NCBI RefSeq assembly: GCF_004010195.1
Contig: NC_057718.1
Coordinates: forward strand, 87,044,139-87,108,138
DNA: 64,000 bases
Reading direction: 5' to 3'
From: Chiloscyllium plagiosum
Lineage: Eukaryota
Positions 12,423-25,344 of the stretch are shown here, piece by piece (the stretch's first letter is position 1; each line of letters begins with the position of its first letter). The notes beneath the pieces are model-generated. The model was not told the origin of the DNA and searched no databases. It worked only from the letters and a program-made list of their open reading frames with translations. The translations under genes and the position numbers were made by a program.

Positions 12423-14129
12423 TAAATTGCTGTGTTCATTTAAAATTTGGCATTTTTTTCATTTGCAAGTGCAAAAATGTGAAACTTTAGCAATCTGTCT
12501 ATTTTTTCCAACTATGTTTAATTTCTTTACTCCCAACTGACTGTTCACACATTGCTCCTTGCTGACTTTCAATTTGCAGAATTACTCCCTGAAGATTCTG
12601 AGCAAAAATGACTTTCTGCTGAGAGTTCTTCTCCCCATTTTCTGTCTCATCCTTCTTTCAGCACCTTGTTTGCTTCATGTGGGTTATGCCCATCCTGTCA
12701 GTTACGTTGTATGCAAAGTGAATACCTCTGTTAGTTTACCCATGTCTTAAAAGAAACTGATTTGTGCAGATTCCTTTAAGTCTGCAACAAGTTGTTCAGT
12801 GTCTGCCACTACAGATGCTTGCAACATGAAAAAGTTGTGCAAAGCACAAATATAGCCACAGCTAATAGAAACCAATCAACATGACCTTCATAAGTCATCA
12901 ATCTCCTTCAGAGGCCCTGTTGCAGTCCTTCCTGCATTTGAATGTGTGTCCAGCTGTACAATATTAACAAAAGGTGCCAGCTGGAGCACTGAGTTCCAGA
13001 GTAGCAATGCCAGCATCAAATAAGTGTTATATACGGATTGGTGTCATGATCTTTATACCCAGCATACTTCTGTTGAATTTTAGCTGCATGCCATCAAAAT
13101 GACAATTAGGAAAGCAAGGAGGAGCTACAAAATGAACATATTAACCAATATAACATTCAACAGTAAATTATACTACAGGTGCATGAATAATAAAAGAAAA
13201 AGCAGATTATGGAGAGGGTCACTGAGGATACATAAGACAGACTTGCAAGCAATTTTGAATGGTTACTTTACCTCAATATTAATCAGGAAGACAAAGTGAA
13301 CATGGCATTCTATGAAATGATCAAAGAGGTTAAAACTAATTTTTTTCTTCTTTATTGCTTTTTGATATTTCGGTATTCCCACCCCTAGTTTCTCTAGTAC
13401 AACTACATGGCTAGCTTTGCCAGTTAAGTGTCAATTTCGGTTTGTTTTAGAATCTTGTTATCACAGACAAGATTAAAAAAAAATTAATCACCAAAAAAAT
13501 TAATAAACTGTTTTAGGTTTTCCTAACAATCATGTGCTTTCATGATAACTTTTAATGATTTTTTTTAATCTCCAGAATTTTAAAAGTAATACAAATTCAG
13601 AAATGCTGTAGTGGTATTTGAAATCACGAGTATAAACCCAGTAACATTATTGCAATATAACCATACCAATACTTGTTCCTACATTATTCAAAACTACTGT
13701 TAAGATTGCTCTGTGGTTCTCCACTACTTTCTCCAGGATAATTTTGGCTGCTGTGTAGCAGTTTATTATACAGTAGGAATGGGTTCTTTTCTCACTTTAA
13801 TACGTTGCATGGACAATGATGAGAGTGAACTGAAACTCCAGTTCCGCTCCCAGACTCATCAACAGTGTGTTTTTGAAAAGATGGGTTTCTAAACCCCTGA
13901 GTGTGCGATCAATATTACCTACCAGCAGTAGGATTTTATTTGTTTACAGAGGTTTATTCATTCCCATGTTCACCCCACTCACACAGACTCAAGAAACATG
14001 CTGTTAAAAGGGATGGTGCCCTTTTCCAATTTAGAAACAAAGGAATACATATAATTCATGTGATTGATGCAGGCAAGGGGAAGAAGAGGTTATAGCTGGA
14101 TGAATTCAATATCTAAAGTTGTATATCAA

Positions 14130-14490
14130 AAGGTTTAAAGTAAAAAGGAAAATGGAGATGTGAGAGGCAATTTTTTTAAACAGAGTGTGGAGAGTGCCTG
14201 GAATGCACTGCCAGAGGAGGTGATAGACGTAGATACCAGCTCAACATTTAAGAGGCATCTTGACAGATACATTACTAAGCAGGGAATAGAGGGTTACAGA
14301 CCACATGGAGGCGAAAGGTTTTTAGTTTAGAAAGGTATCCTGAAGAAGGGCTAATGCCCGAAACGTCGATTCTCCTGTTCCCTAGATGCTGCCTGACCTG
14401 CTGCGCTTTTCCAGCAACACATTTCCATCATGTGTCAGCACTGGCTTGGTGGGCCAAAAGGCCTGTTCTATCATGTACTGTTCTTTGTTA
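14130..14490 (+). mobile_element. CR1 LINE 3' end, interrupted by a hammerhead-bearing insert
   Basis: CR1 C-terminal remnant (…RVWRVPGMHCQ/ WNALPEEVI..…FKRHLDRY) and 3'UTR. Confidence 0.8.
14338..14429 (+). ncRNA. Minimal type I hammerhead ribozyme motif + Penelope tail (young copy)
   Basis: ATC-CTGAAGA-A-GGGC-TAAT-GCCC-GAAAC-GTC-GAT; 92 bp identical to 22921-23012. Confidence 0.72.
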
Positions 14491-15308
14491 TCACAGGATT
14501 CCTCTGAAGAGGTCAATTTTTAGCAGGTCATAAAGTTAGTTGTGTGCATCTTCTTATGAGGAGGTCAGTTTTCTGAACTGATGGACTTGAAAATGGCCAA
14601 ACTTGGAGATTTAACAAAATGGCAGTCTTCTGTTTTATGGCATTGATGTTGTTGCCTTTGCTGCTGATGCTGTTTCCTGTTGTATTGTGTGCAGACTGAC
14701 TGGTTATCCCGTATGCTAATAATAACTAAGACTGGTTGTTTGAAGTCATTTTTGATTGGGTGGCCAATACTTCAATTGTCCACCCAGAATGATTTGAAGT
14801 TCAGGACATTGCTGCATAACAGGGTGAGGGATGGTGGCCATTCTCACTTCCTTATGTTTTAATTGGCTCCTTTACAGTTGCCTTTGTTACATTTTGAGTT
14901 CAGACACAGTGAGTCCTAGGAATCCATAGATTTTGAGTTCTGGATAAGAGCACAAATGCTTTTGTCTTGGTCTGTCCACTCAATGGAAGCACTGCACCCA
15001 TGATAGTTCAGCTAGTCATTCTGAGTTTCTGCGTAAATTGCAAAAGAGACCTGATCTGCTGCAGCCATTTTGGCAGCCTTTTAAAATCCATCTAAAAAAG
15101 AAAAAGGCAGTTCCAAAAACAGTCTATTTTTAAAGTTATGAAAATATAATGCCTTTACTGAACATTTGATACATGGAAATCTAATTTCTGGACCAGATTG
15201 CCACAACTTTTGGCCAAATCATTTTCAAACATTTTCTCTCACTAGTCAAGACCTCCTCTTCAACCATCTGATAGAAGTAACAGACTAAATACTTCTTCTT
15301 CTCGGCAG

Positions 15309-15399
15309 AGACCAAAGTAAAGAAACCTGATCAATTTATTGAAATCTCAAGCCCATTGGTTAACTACAAGATAGACACTACAATCATGCCACCAGAGAG
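15309..15399 (+). CDS. ADGB: Androglobin coding exon (ETKVKKPDQFIEISSPLVNYKIDTTIMPPER), phase 1-2
   Basis: ttcttctcggcag acceptor, GAG|gtgagt donor; similar to ADGB VKKPERFLEISSPFLNYR. Confidence 0.94.
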
Positions 15400-16461
15400 G
15401 TGAGTACAGCCACTGAAGGCAAAACTGTTTTATTTCACTCTTGTTTTCTTTTCTACTAGCAGGAGAATTATTTCCCCCAAACATTGAGTGCATTTTATTG
15501 TGTTTATCAGCAGGCACAGACATACGATTGTTATTGCCTGGTAAAATTCTTGTGTCAGTCCCTTGGGATGTTTAACTCCGCTAAAGGTTTTGTATTGGAA
15601 TTTAATGGAAGTAATGTAGGTTCAGCCTGCCAGGTGATGAACTAGTGGGAATCCCACATCATTTCATTGAGGAGGCCAATTGCATTAAGTTCTGACAGGC
15701 ACCTGGCCAACATTGAGAGATTCAGGATCCCAGGTCAAAAAAACGCCCCAATCCCTCAGAGCAGCCGACCTATCAGAGATTGGTAGTTCTCCATTACCAA
15801 CTGTACCACCACGAGGAACATCAGTTGCTGCTGATACTACTTCAAAAGCTTCCCCAAGGGCCATCATTAGATTCTTGCAATCAGGAAGTGAGGCCGGTGG
15901 AATAAAGAAGTCAGGAAGGGTTAGAAGTGATGATAAGATGGGTGGATTTCAGTAGCCAGCATCAGTTCCTAATGCCGCATCCCTCGATCAAGTACCAAGT
16001 GTCTTTGAAAGAGCCTGAGAGGCCTTTGACAAACCTGCCAGAATTTGCCTAGTAATGTTGGGAGATAGGGGAAAGCAATGCTCCTTACACTTATCCCAGG
16101 AATAATTGCTATCAATAGGTTTAGTAATGAGCCTAAATGACATCCTACCATGAGTACACATTGTCCCCATTGTCCGCTTCTGGCTTCCAACTTGATTGCA
16201 GGATGTTTACCCACTGTGGGAAACGGACATTATTATTAAATGGATCTGGCTGCCATGTCTGCTGTGTGACTGCATAAATTACAAATGATCATGTTGTAAA
16301 CTGCTAGTCTCATAATACCAGAATTAAATCATTTTTTGAACAGAAAGTCTGGTCAATTGGGTTGTGACTTCTTTTCTGGATCAATATTCTTTCCTTTACA
16401 CACCAAATAGATGTTTAAAATCAATGGTATAGTTTCCAAGTATCTTATTTTCCTTCCCCAG

Positions 16462-16591
16462 AAATGACCAAGTGCCCTTGATTAAAAAAGCTGTGAACAT
16501 TAGCTTGGCAGCTGTCAGTGAAAACGATGAGGCACTCGATCAGAATGATGATGAAGAACAAAAGGTTCTGGAGTCACCATTCTTTGCAGAG
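16462..16591 (+). CDS. ADGB: Androglobin coding exon (NDQVPLIKKAVNISLAAVSENDEALDQNDDEEQKVLESPFFAE), phase 2-0
   Basis: tccttccccag acceptor, GAG|gtaaaa donor; similar to ADGB SLIKKG...LPSVSETDE; phase compatible. Confidence 0.88.
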
Positions 16592-16666
16592 GTAAAATAA
16601 TCTGACCTCCGACCTGTTGGCAATTTGTTTAGCTGTGAATCAAAAGATTTCTAATTACACACACAG

Positions 16667-16820
16667 AAACAAAGACAGAAATTGTTAGAAAAAACTCAAC
16701 AAGTCTGGCAGTGTCTGCGCAGAGGAATTAGAGTTAATGTTTCGGGTCCAGTGACCCTCCTTCAGAACTGATGGTAGCTAGGAAAAGGTTGACATTTATG
16801 CAGAAGAAGGGGTGGGTGAG
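16667..16820 (-). mobile_element. Penelope-type tail with degenerate hammerhead
   Basis: Reverse complement reads GTT-CTGAAGGA-GGGTC-ACTG-GACCC-GAAACATTAAC; same subfamily as 9673 and 42783. Confidence 0.7.
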
Positions 16821-18300
16821 ATTTGATTTGATTTGATTTGATTAATTATTTTCACATGTACCGAGATACAGTGAAAAGTAATGATACCTTACAAATCATA
16901 CCTTACAGAAGTACATCAGGGTAATAGAACAGAATGCAGAATATATTGTTACAGCTACTAGAGAAATTGCAGAGAAAGATCAACCCTGATATCGGAAGGG
17001 TCCATTTATAATCAGATAACAGCAGGGGAGAAGGTATTCTTGAATCTGTTGGAATATGTTTTCAAACTCATATATCTTCTGCCTGATGGAAGAGAGAATA
17101 ACCGGGGTGGGAGGGGTCTTTGGTTATGTTGGCTGCCTTCCTGAGGCAGCGGGACTTGTAGACTGAGTCAATGGGTGGAAGGCTGGTTTTCATGATCAAC
17201 TAGGCTGCGTTCACAACTCTGTAATTTCTTGCGGTCTTTGGCAGACTAATTGTCATAGCAAGTTGTGGTTGATCTGGATAGGATGCTTTCTGTGGTGCAT
17301 TTATAAAAATTGTTAAGAGTCATTGTGGATATGCTGAATTTTCTGAGTCTTCTGAGCAAGTAGAGGCATTGGTGTGCTTTCTTGACTGTGATGTCAACGT
17401 GGACGGACCAGGACAGATTGTTGGTGATATTTACTTATACGAACTTGAAGCTCTTGACCACCTACACCTCAGCACCATTGATATAGGGGTGAGGACCAAC
17501 TACTTTGTTTTGCTGACATTAAGGGAGAGATTGTTGACTTTACACCATGCCACTAAATGCTCCATCTCTTTCCTGTACTCTGTCTCATTGTTGTTTGAGA
17601 TCTGACCCACTATGATAGTGTTATCAGCGAATTTGTAAATGGAATTAGAACTGAATTTGGCCACACCGTCATGAGTGTGTAAGGAGTATAGTAAGGGGCT
17701 GATAACGCAGCCTTGCCTAGCACCAGTAATGAGGATTATTGTGAAGGAGGTGTTGTCTTCTATCTTTACTGAATGCAGTCTGCAGGTCAGAGAGTGCAGG
17801 GTCCAATTGCAGAAGGGAAGCAAAGTCCTAGGTCTCGAAGTTTGGAGATGGGTTTTTGTTTGCAATTTAGTTGGAAGTGTTGAAGGTGGAGCCAAGTGTT
17901 GATGTGTGCCATTACTAACCTCTTAAAGCACTTCATAATGATAGATGTCAAAACCACCAGGATGTAAATGACTCACCATGGAATTCCCGGTTTTTGACCT
18001 GGCCATGTACTTATGCAGGTAATCCAGTTAAAATGGATGTCAAAGCTGCACAGATTCAATAAATAGGAGTCTGACAAAGGTGCCCTTGTTATCCAGATGT
18101 TCCGGAATGAGTGTAGGGCCATGAAGTCGGCATCTGCCATAGACCTTTGCAATGATAGATTAATTGTAGTGGATCAAGGCAATCTGGGAGGTTGGAGTTG
18201 ATGTGTGCCATTACTAACCTCTTAAAGCACTTCATAATGATAGATGTCAGAACCACCAAGCAGTAATCATCAAAGAACATTGCCTGATTTTTCTTTGGCA
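16821..18300 (-). mobile_element. Rex1/Babar-clade LINE, 5'-truncated and decayed
   Basis: RT motifs TGARQGCVISPLLYSLHTHD...IYKFADNT...LSLNVSKTK; VLTSIIMKCFKRLV..LDPLQ; (ATCAA)n tail at 16821-16842. Confidence 0.88.
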
Positions 18301-18954
18301 CCTGTAAGTTCTAAAATTAATTGTTTATGTTATGAGGCTTTAAACCAAAATGTTCAAATAATGCTATGCTTTGAATCAGCACTCAAAAAGAAGCTATTAG
18401 GAGGGAGTTCCCTGATTCCAGTGACAGTGAGGCAACTATTGAAAGTCTGTAACTTGAAGTAGTTGGTGGTCCCATGCAGTGGCTGACTTTAACCTTCTCG
18501 GTGGAGGAAGTTGAGTTCATGGGTTTTGAAGGTGCTGTCGAAGGAACCTTTATGGGTTGCTAAGGTGCATCTTGAATGTGGTACACATTATTGCCATTGT
18601 ACACCACTGGTGAGGGAGTGAATGTTTACGTTGATGGAAGAAATGGGGTTCATGCAGGCTGCTTTATTCTGAATGGTGTCAAGCTTTTTGAGTGTTGTGA
18701 GAACAACATAGATAATATTCCATTATAAATGAACAGACTTTAAGAGATCAGGATGTAAATGACTCACCATGGAATTCCCGGTTTTTGACCTGGCCATGTA
18801 CTTATGCAGGTAATTCAGTTAAAATGGATGTCAAAGCTGCACAGACTCAAATTGCACATATCCAAATTGCACATACTTATGCTGTCATTAAAAAAGAAAT
18901 GCATAATCAGTGTATGTGAAATATTTGTGGATAATTTGTAATATGCTTTTCTAG

Positions 18955-19008
18955 GAAATCCAACTGGAATTGATAAAATCAGATGCTCTCTTTTCAGTGG
19001 ACACCCAG
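18955..19008 (+). CDS. ADGB: Androglobin linker exon (EIQLELIKSDALFSVDTQ), phase 0-0
   Basis: gcttttctag acceptor, CAG|gttagt donor, 54 bp open; no recognisable homology, supported by splice signals and phase only. Confidence 0.7.
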
Positions 19009-20644
19009 GTTAGTAAGCAGCATCTGGGGAGTAATTTTGAGATGAAGACGGTACATTCATAGAATTAAGCATTAATTTAGAGTTGAATTTATTAACTGTT
19101 GATGATTATTTTAAAATTCCAAATTTAGTTTCTGACAACACATCACTGTGCAAAGACTTTATAATCTGAGTTGGAACATTTCTTTTAAGTACATCCCCAT
19201 ATATGATCACAAATTCCGCCCTCAATTCTAAAACTGCAGCATGTCTTTGTGTTCTTGGTCTTTAAGACATGTTGTGCTCTATTCAGTCAGATATTAATAA
19301 GCATCCTTCAAGTCACACCTTCAGTTTTCTTTAAATTCTTACCTAGTCTCTTTATGTTGTACTTTGTTATCCACTCCTATGCTGACTACATTCTTATTGT
19401 TGTCTTTGCGAACCCTCAGTTGTTTCCATATGGTCTTTATTCATCCACAGAATATCATATTATAGCGACTATTGCCTGTCTGGTCTGTACTTGATTCCCA
19501 CAATATGTACAGCAGTCCTCCCTAACCCAATATGAACAAAGGCCAATAAGGGAAGAATGGCTTTTAAATTTAGTAATGGGGAGTGAACAAGTGCAAATAA
19601 GGACCATAAAAGAAGGGGTACATCTATGTAATAGTGATCATAATATAGTACACTTTAAGATGATGATACAGAGGTGTGAATATGATGAAAATCATGTTAA
19701 TAGAGTTAAGAAAGGCTTACTTTTAAAGGCTTTGAATAAAATTTGTGGAAATAAAATTGGAAACTAAATTGGCTAACATTGATGTACAATAACAATGGAA
19801 AATGTTAAAATGGCATTCTAAGATAGTGCTGGGAAAATGCATTCTGATAAAAGGGACTCCATAAATGCATAAAAACATAAGAGAACAATAGAAATGGCCT
19901 TTGAAGCAACAGTAAAATTTTTGCTCATCACAAGACTACAGCTGTCATGTCGTCAATCTGAAAGGGCAATTTCTCTACTAGATAGCCAGTGGCTGGAGTT
20001 GACTCATTGCCTGTGGCAGATGCAGGGCAGTGTGATCCCTGAGGTATTGTACCAAAACATATACTCCTTTAAATTGTAGCTCTCTAGTTGTAATGGCTGA
20101 AATTCCATTGTGCTTTTTTTGTATCTGCTGCATCTTAGTGGTCTTTGTACATGAACACTAAATATCTTTGGGCCTCCACTGCCAGCTCTTCAACATTTAA
20201 AAAATATTGAGTTTAGGTCCACATGGAGGATCTCACATTTAACTGCACCGAAATCCAACTTCCGTTATTGGCAACACTCGTTTATTCTGTGAGTGTACCT
20301 TTGTAGTGCTACACTCTTGCCTACATTGCTTAACATGCCTCTAACCTTTGTATATGATACAGGAGACAGGATTATAGGACTTGCTGTTTTGGAAGTCATT
20401 AATACATTGAGTGAATAGTCAAGACCACAGCAAGGATATATATGGTATACTGCTTGTTATTTCTTCCCAAATTAAGTGTGTAAACATCACAACTATTTAC
20501 TGCCTTTGACCACTTAGCCAAATGTTTAAATAGGTGAATAAGTTTCCTTCAATTACAGAAGCTTTAATTTTAACTAACAGTCTGTTATGTGGACAGTATT
20601 AAAAAAAACACTTTCAAATAAATATCATTTTTGATTTTTTTCAG

Positions 20645-20761
20645 GAAAGACCACTTGAGTCCATAAAATCAGGTGGACAGCATTCAATAACTTCTCATGG
20701 TACTAAAAGTCAGCATGGCAGCAATACAAGTCGGCATGGCAGTGTATTTGAACATAAAAAA
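20645..20761 (+). CDS. ADGB: Androglobin linker exon (ERPLESIKSGGQHSITSHGTKSQHGSNTSRHGSVFEHKK), phase 0-0
   Basis: T-rich ttttttcag acceptor, AAA|gtaagt donor, 117 bp open; paralogous to exon 36565-36651. Confidence 0.8.
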
Positions 20762-21779
20762 GTAAGTTTCTGAAAACTTCTCCAGAATGTTTCAAGAAAG
20801 GATTGTTAGTATAGTATTTGTCAATATTTTAGGATAACATTTTGATTTTTGTACAATTTGGCAGACTTTTGGTATGAATCTTTTTCCAATATTCAATATA
20901 CAGTACACATTTCAACTGAAAACTTGTAACTATAGTACTGGAGTTCTCTTGTAGACTAGCTTGTTTTGGAATGCATATTGGTCCCCTGTTGTTTCCCACA
21001 GCAAAGAAAAAAATTGTTTTACTTCCTCAATGCCCTGTTTCCAACAATTGAATTTCAGACTTTGAAGGACTATTTTTTTCTGTATTTTGTTATGAAGGCT
21101 TCGTATTTGATCTTAAGAAAAGATCTTGGGTTTGGAGAATGTGGATAACTGGATTTATTTCAAATAGACAAATGAGAGGACATTGGAGCATTGTTTTTAA
21201 ACAGGGCATTTCTTAGTAGTAGGAGAAAGAGAGGACTGCAGACGATGGAGATCAGAGTCAAAAAGTGTGGTGTTGGAAAAGCACAGTCAGTCAGGCAGCA
21301 TTCGAGGAGTAGGAGAGTCTCGTTTCGAGCATTAGCTTTTGTCACTTGTCTTGTGATAACTGCTTGTTTACTGACCTGCCTGGCTTTATTACTATCAGAT
21401 TTCAGATTCTGTTTTGGAGTAGTTGGTAAACAGTCTGTTGAATGTGAAGCTTCTCACATTACTTCTCCTGTTTCTGAAACAAAAGTCTCGGTGTGAATAC
21501 AGTGTGATATCTGACGGTTTTCTTAAAGAGCATCTGAAATAATCTAGGTGCTGTATTTCCTGGGGAGGCTGTGTTTGCAAAGATCCCAGAGACAACTGGT
21601 TGTATTTGGTAACCTGCCCACACATTCCAGAACACAGACAGACAGATGAACACCTTGTCCTTTTTACCTTGAAGAGCTAATCATCGTTGACCAAAAGTGA
21701 TGCATTTTTCTACCTCTGTAGAGAGAAATCCATTTTCTTGTTTTCCTTGAGCTCACACTTTGCGCAATTATTGTGTGGT

Positions 21780-24060
21780 AGTTCCTCAGATATCTTCTGA
21801 AAATCTAAGTATAGTATACCTTATCCAGAGCACATTATACTCCTTGAAAAAGCTCCAGTAAAATGATTAAACATGATTTCCCTTTCGCAAAACTATGCTG
21901 ACTCTTCCCAATTACATTGAGATTTTCTAACACCTTCCCAATGACAGATGTCAAGCAAACTGGCCCATACTTTACTTTTCTCTGCCTCCCTCCCTTTTTG
22001 AATAGAGGAGTCATATTTGCTAAATTCTGATCTGATGGGATCTTTCCAGATTTGGATAATTTTGGAAAACTAGCACTAAAGTATTTACTGCCTGTATCTC
22101 ATGAGCCTCCTCTTTTAAGACACACAGACAAATTCCATCAGGACCCAGAGATGTGTCAGCTCACAGTTTCATCAGTTTGCTTAGCACCTTTTACCAAGTG
22201 ATGGTAACTTCACCAAGTTTTTCTCTCCCTTCAACCTCCTGATTTACAGCTATTACTGGAATGTGTTTTTGTATCCTCGAAAGTGAAGACAGAAGCAAAA
22301 TATTGCTTCACTTCATGTTCCAAGTCTTTATTATCCACCATCAGACCCCTATTCTCACTCATTAGAAGGCCACACTCACGTTACTTGTTCTTTTCCTTTT
22401 TCACCTGTAGAAATTGTTCTTTGTGTCCTCTCATATTTTAATTTATTTCTCCCAATTCATCTTTGAGTCATGCTTTGCCATTTTTTATATGTTGTTTAAT
22501 TATCTGATTTGGTACTCACTTGTACGTGGTTATAATCATTTCCTTAAGCTTGATCCCTTTTTAACTTCTTTATTTAACCACAAACAATAAGTCCTCCCTT
22601 CAGAACTTTTCCCCTATAGTCAATTTTTTTTGTAAAAATATACTTTATTCATAAAAAAAGAAATCTTTATGTCCATGCATACTCACAAAAGCAGTTCAGA
22701 TCTATACAGACTTTGAGGAGAAAGTGAGGTCTGCAGATGCTGGAGATCAGAGATGGAAATGTGTTGCTGGAAAAGCGCAGCAGGTCAGGCAGCATCTAGG
22801 GAACAGGAGAATCGACGTTTCGGGCATTAGCCCTTCTTCAGGAATGAGGGAAGTTGGTGCAGCAGGCTAAGATAAAGCTCCCTATCTTTTATCTTAGCCT
22901 GCTGGACCAACTTCCCTCATTCCTGAAGAAGGGCTAATGCCCGAAACGTCGATTCTCCTGTTCCCTAGATGCTGCCTGACCTGCTGCGCTTTTCCAGCAA
23001 CACATTTCCATCTCTATACAGACTTTGTATCCAGAGAAGGAAACAATCATTCTGGTTTGACTTTTTCAATAGTTACAACTAATCTAAAGGCATTTCTTAA
23101 TATATGCTAGGTACTAAGACCTATTTACATGTATCTGAGGCATTGAGAGGTCCAATAACTGAACGCAGTCTCATTGTAATATGCAGAAAGACCTTAAATA
23201 ATGATATTCAAAATATATTTATTCTGAGTACTTTTAAATATCCCTGAAAAATCTGCCATTTCTCAATTGATCTGTCCCCTAACTTAGTATCCGAGTTTAC
23301 TCCAGTTAGCTCTGCTTTCATGGCCACATACTTGACCTTACTTAAGTTTAAGATAATAGTCTGAGAACCACTCTTCTTTTTAAACCTAATGTAAGATTCA
23401 ATCATATATTGGTTGTTGCTATCTAGGAGTGCCTTTACTCTGTGGCTATTAATTAATCTTACTGTATTACGCAATAGCAAAATTAATAAATGACCTGCTG
23501 TTTGGTTGGTTCCAGAGTGTGCTGTTCTAAAAAAACAATTTCAAAGGCTATTTATGAAAGTCTCTTCCAGCCTACCATTGCCAATCTGATTCTTGTGGTT
23601 TAAGTGTAGATTAAAAGCACCACAATTCTTTAACCCAAGCAGCCATATTCTTTACCGTCCACTTCATCCTACATTGCTGTTACACTTAGGATGCCTATAG
23701 GTTACTTCCACTGGTGACTTCTTTCCCCCAACATTCATATTTTCCAAGGTAACCTCAGCCAGTGTGGGAATTGAACTGTATTGCAAACCAGCCGTCCAGC
23801 CTACTGAGCTAACTGACCCAGTTGAAAGACTCTCCTTAACCTCTTCCCTCATCTGAGGCATGGTGAACCTCAGGTTGAAGCACCACTAGTCATCTCTCTC
23901 TGATGAGAAATCAGCTGTATGGTTTGGTAGTACCATGGTGACTTTACCTTTATTCCTCATCTCTATCCAAACAAGTTCTACATCTTGATCTCTTGACCCT
24001 GAAGCAAAGTCTCTCTAACAATTGCACCAATGATATCTGTGACTAACAGTATTACCATTC
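21780..24060 (-). mobile_element. Decayed CR1 LINE fragments hosting younger insertions
   Basis: YRPVCLTS-like remnant near 21945-21970; ORF remnants 23208-23480 and VEVTYRHPKCN at 23664-23861. Confidence 0.65.
22716..23012. mobile_element. Fold-back Penelope-tail insertion with a hammerhead motif on each strand and 15-bp TSD
   Basis: Arms about 22749-22876 and 22888-23015 are reverse complements with one visible mismatch, 11-nt spacer; TSD TCTATACAGACTTTG at 22701-22715 and 23013-23027. Confidence 0.92.
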
Positions 24061-24091
24061 CATCTTAACCCAGCATCCAGTTCTGCTTAAT

Positions 24092-24739
24092 TGTGATAGT
24101 CATAAAGCTAATCCATTTTTCTTTATAAAAGCTGTTCCTTGGCTCAAGGAGACTCTGTCCTTGATTTTTTTCAGAGGGGCAATAAACCAGGCCAGACTCC
24201 GGTCAGTCTGGTTTGGTACAGAGATGAAAAAGATTTTGGGAAGCCTTTTGTTTATATGTAAGCAGATGAGATTTAAGACCAAAAGGGTCATGCTTCAGAG
24301 GTGACTTGTATAAAGAGAGGGGAGTGGTCAGCTCTTGAGCTGAGCATTTTTCAGTTCAGTCTTGAACTGGGAAGTTCAACAAGGAGCTGTGTGGAAACTA
24401 TCTCTCTTTTCTGCCCTTCAACTTCAACCTGTCAGCATGTGTTCCATTTATACTGGTTTTTAAAGGGAGTTTGCAAATTGGGACTGTTGTGTATATTTGG
24501 AACAGCTTAACTAATTCTAGTTGAATAGGCTGAGTTCTGTAGGGGTTCTTTCTTCTGCTCTTTGTGTTTCATTGTGTAATTTTGTGAATACATTTTTTGT
24601 CTGTTTTAAAATCTAGTAGTCAGCCTTGCTAACTTAATCTGGGTACTTTTCACTGTACACTTACCGAAATAAATTGCAAAGTTAGGTCTAGGGCTGTCTG
24701 TTTAAGGATGTTTTGAGTGGTCTGGCCTAATCCATTACA
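24092..24739 (+). mobile_element. Solo LTR (Gypsy-type), same family as 58012-58623
   Basis: TG...CA ends; 3' part GCAAAGTTAGGTCTAGGGCT...CCATTACA is the reverse complement of the start of 58012. Confidence 0.7.
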
Positions 24740-24857
24740 GTGATAACCCCTCAATATCTAGTACTCAATACTTGTCATTGTGTAGCCACATCTCTGTAAT
24801 GGATATCACATGGTATTTATTTACTTTAGTACATTTTATTATTCGACAGTATATAAT

Positions 24858-25344
24858 TGAATTGAATTAGCTTTATTGTCATATGCACTCAAATGAGTAC
24901 AGTGAAAAGTTGATTAGTTGCCACTTACAGTGCCATCTTAGGTACAAAGGTACCTGGGTACAGCTTCTTGGCTACAGATTAGTTACAGTGTAACAATGTC
25001 ACCAACACATCGTACCATCTTAGGTTCAGAGTACCCCTGGGTACAATCCTTCGCTACAGAACTGAAAAATGAAGAAAAAAAAGTTACAGCTATACACAGA
25101 ATAACCATAGGTCAGAAAAACAAGATGCAAAGTTAAAAAGACAAACATCACTGTCGGTCTCCAAGGGGACTCCACAGCAGGCCAGTGCAGGGGGCTTCCA
25201 TGTGGTCTGACTGTTAGCTGTCGCTGTGCTACACACTGGGCCACTGCCCCTTCTTCGCTCTAGACCCTGATGTCCCCGCTTTGGGCCTCAGACGAGAGGA
25301 AAAGAGGGAGAAAAAAAGAAAAAGAACAGGAGGTGCAGAAGCAA
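24858..25344 (-). mobile_element. Non-coding retroposon with Rex1/Babar-like tail
   Basis: Tail TTTTCACTGTACTCATTTGAGT..ATATGACAATAAAGC + (TTCAA)n on minus; relatives at 26400-26872 and 39376-39898. Confidence 0.6.
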
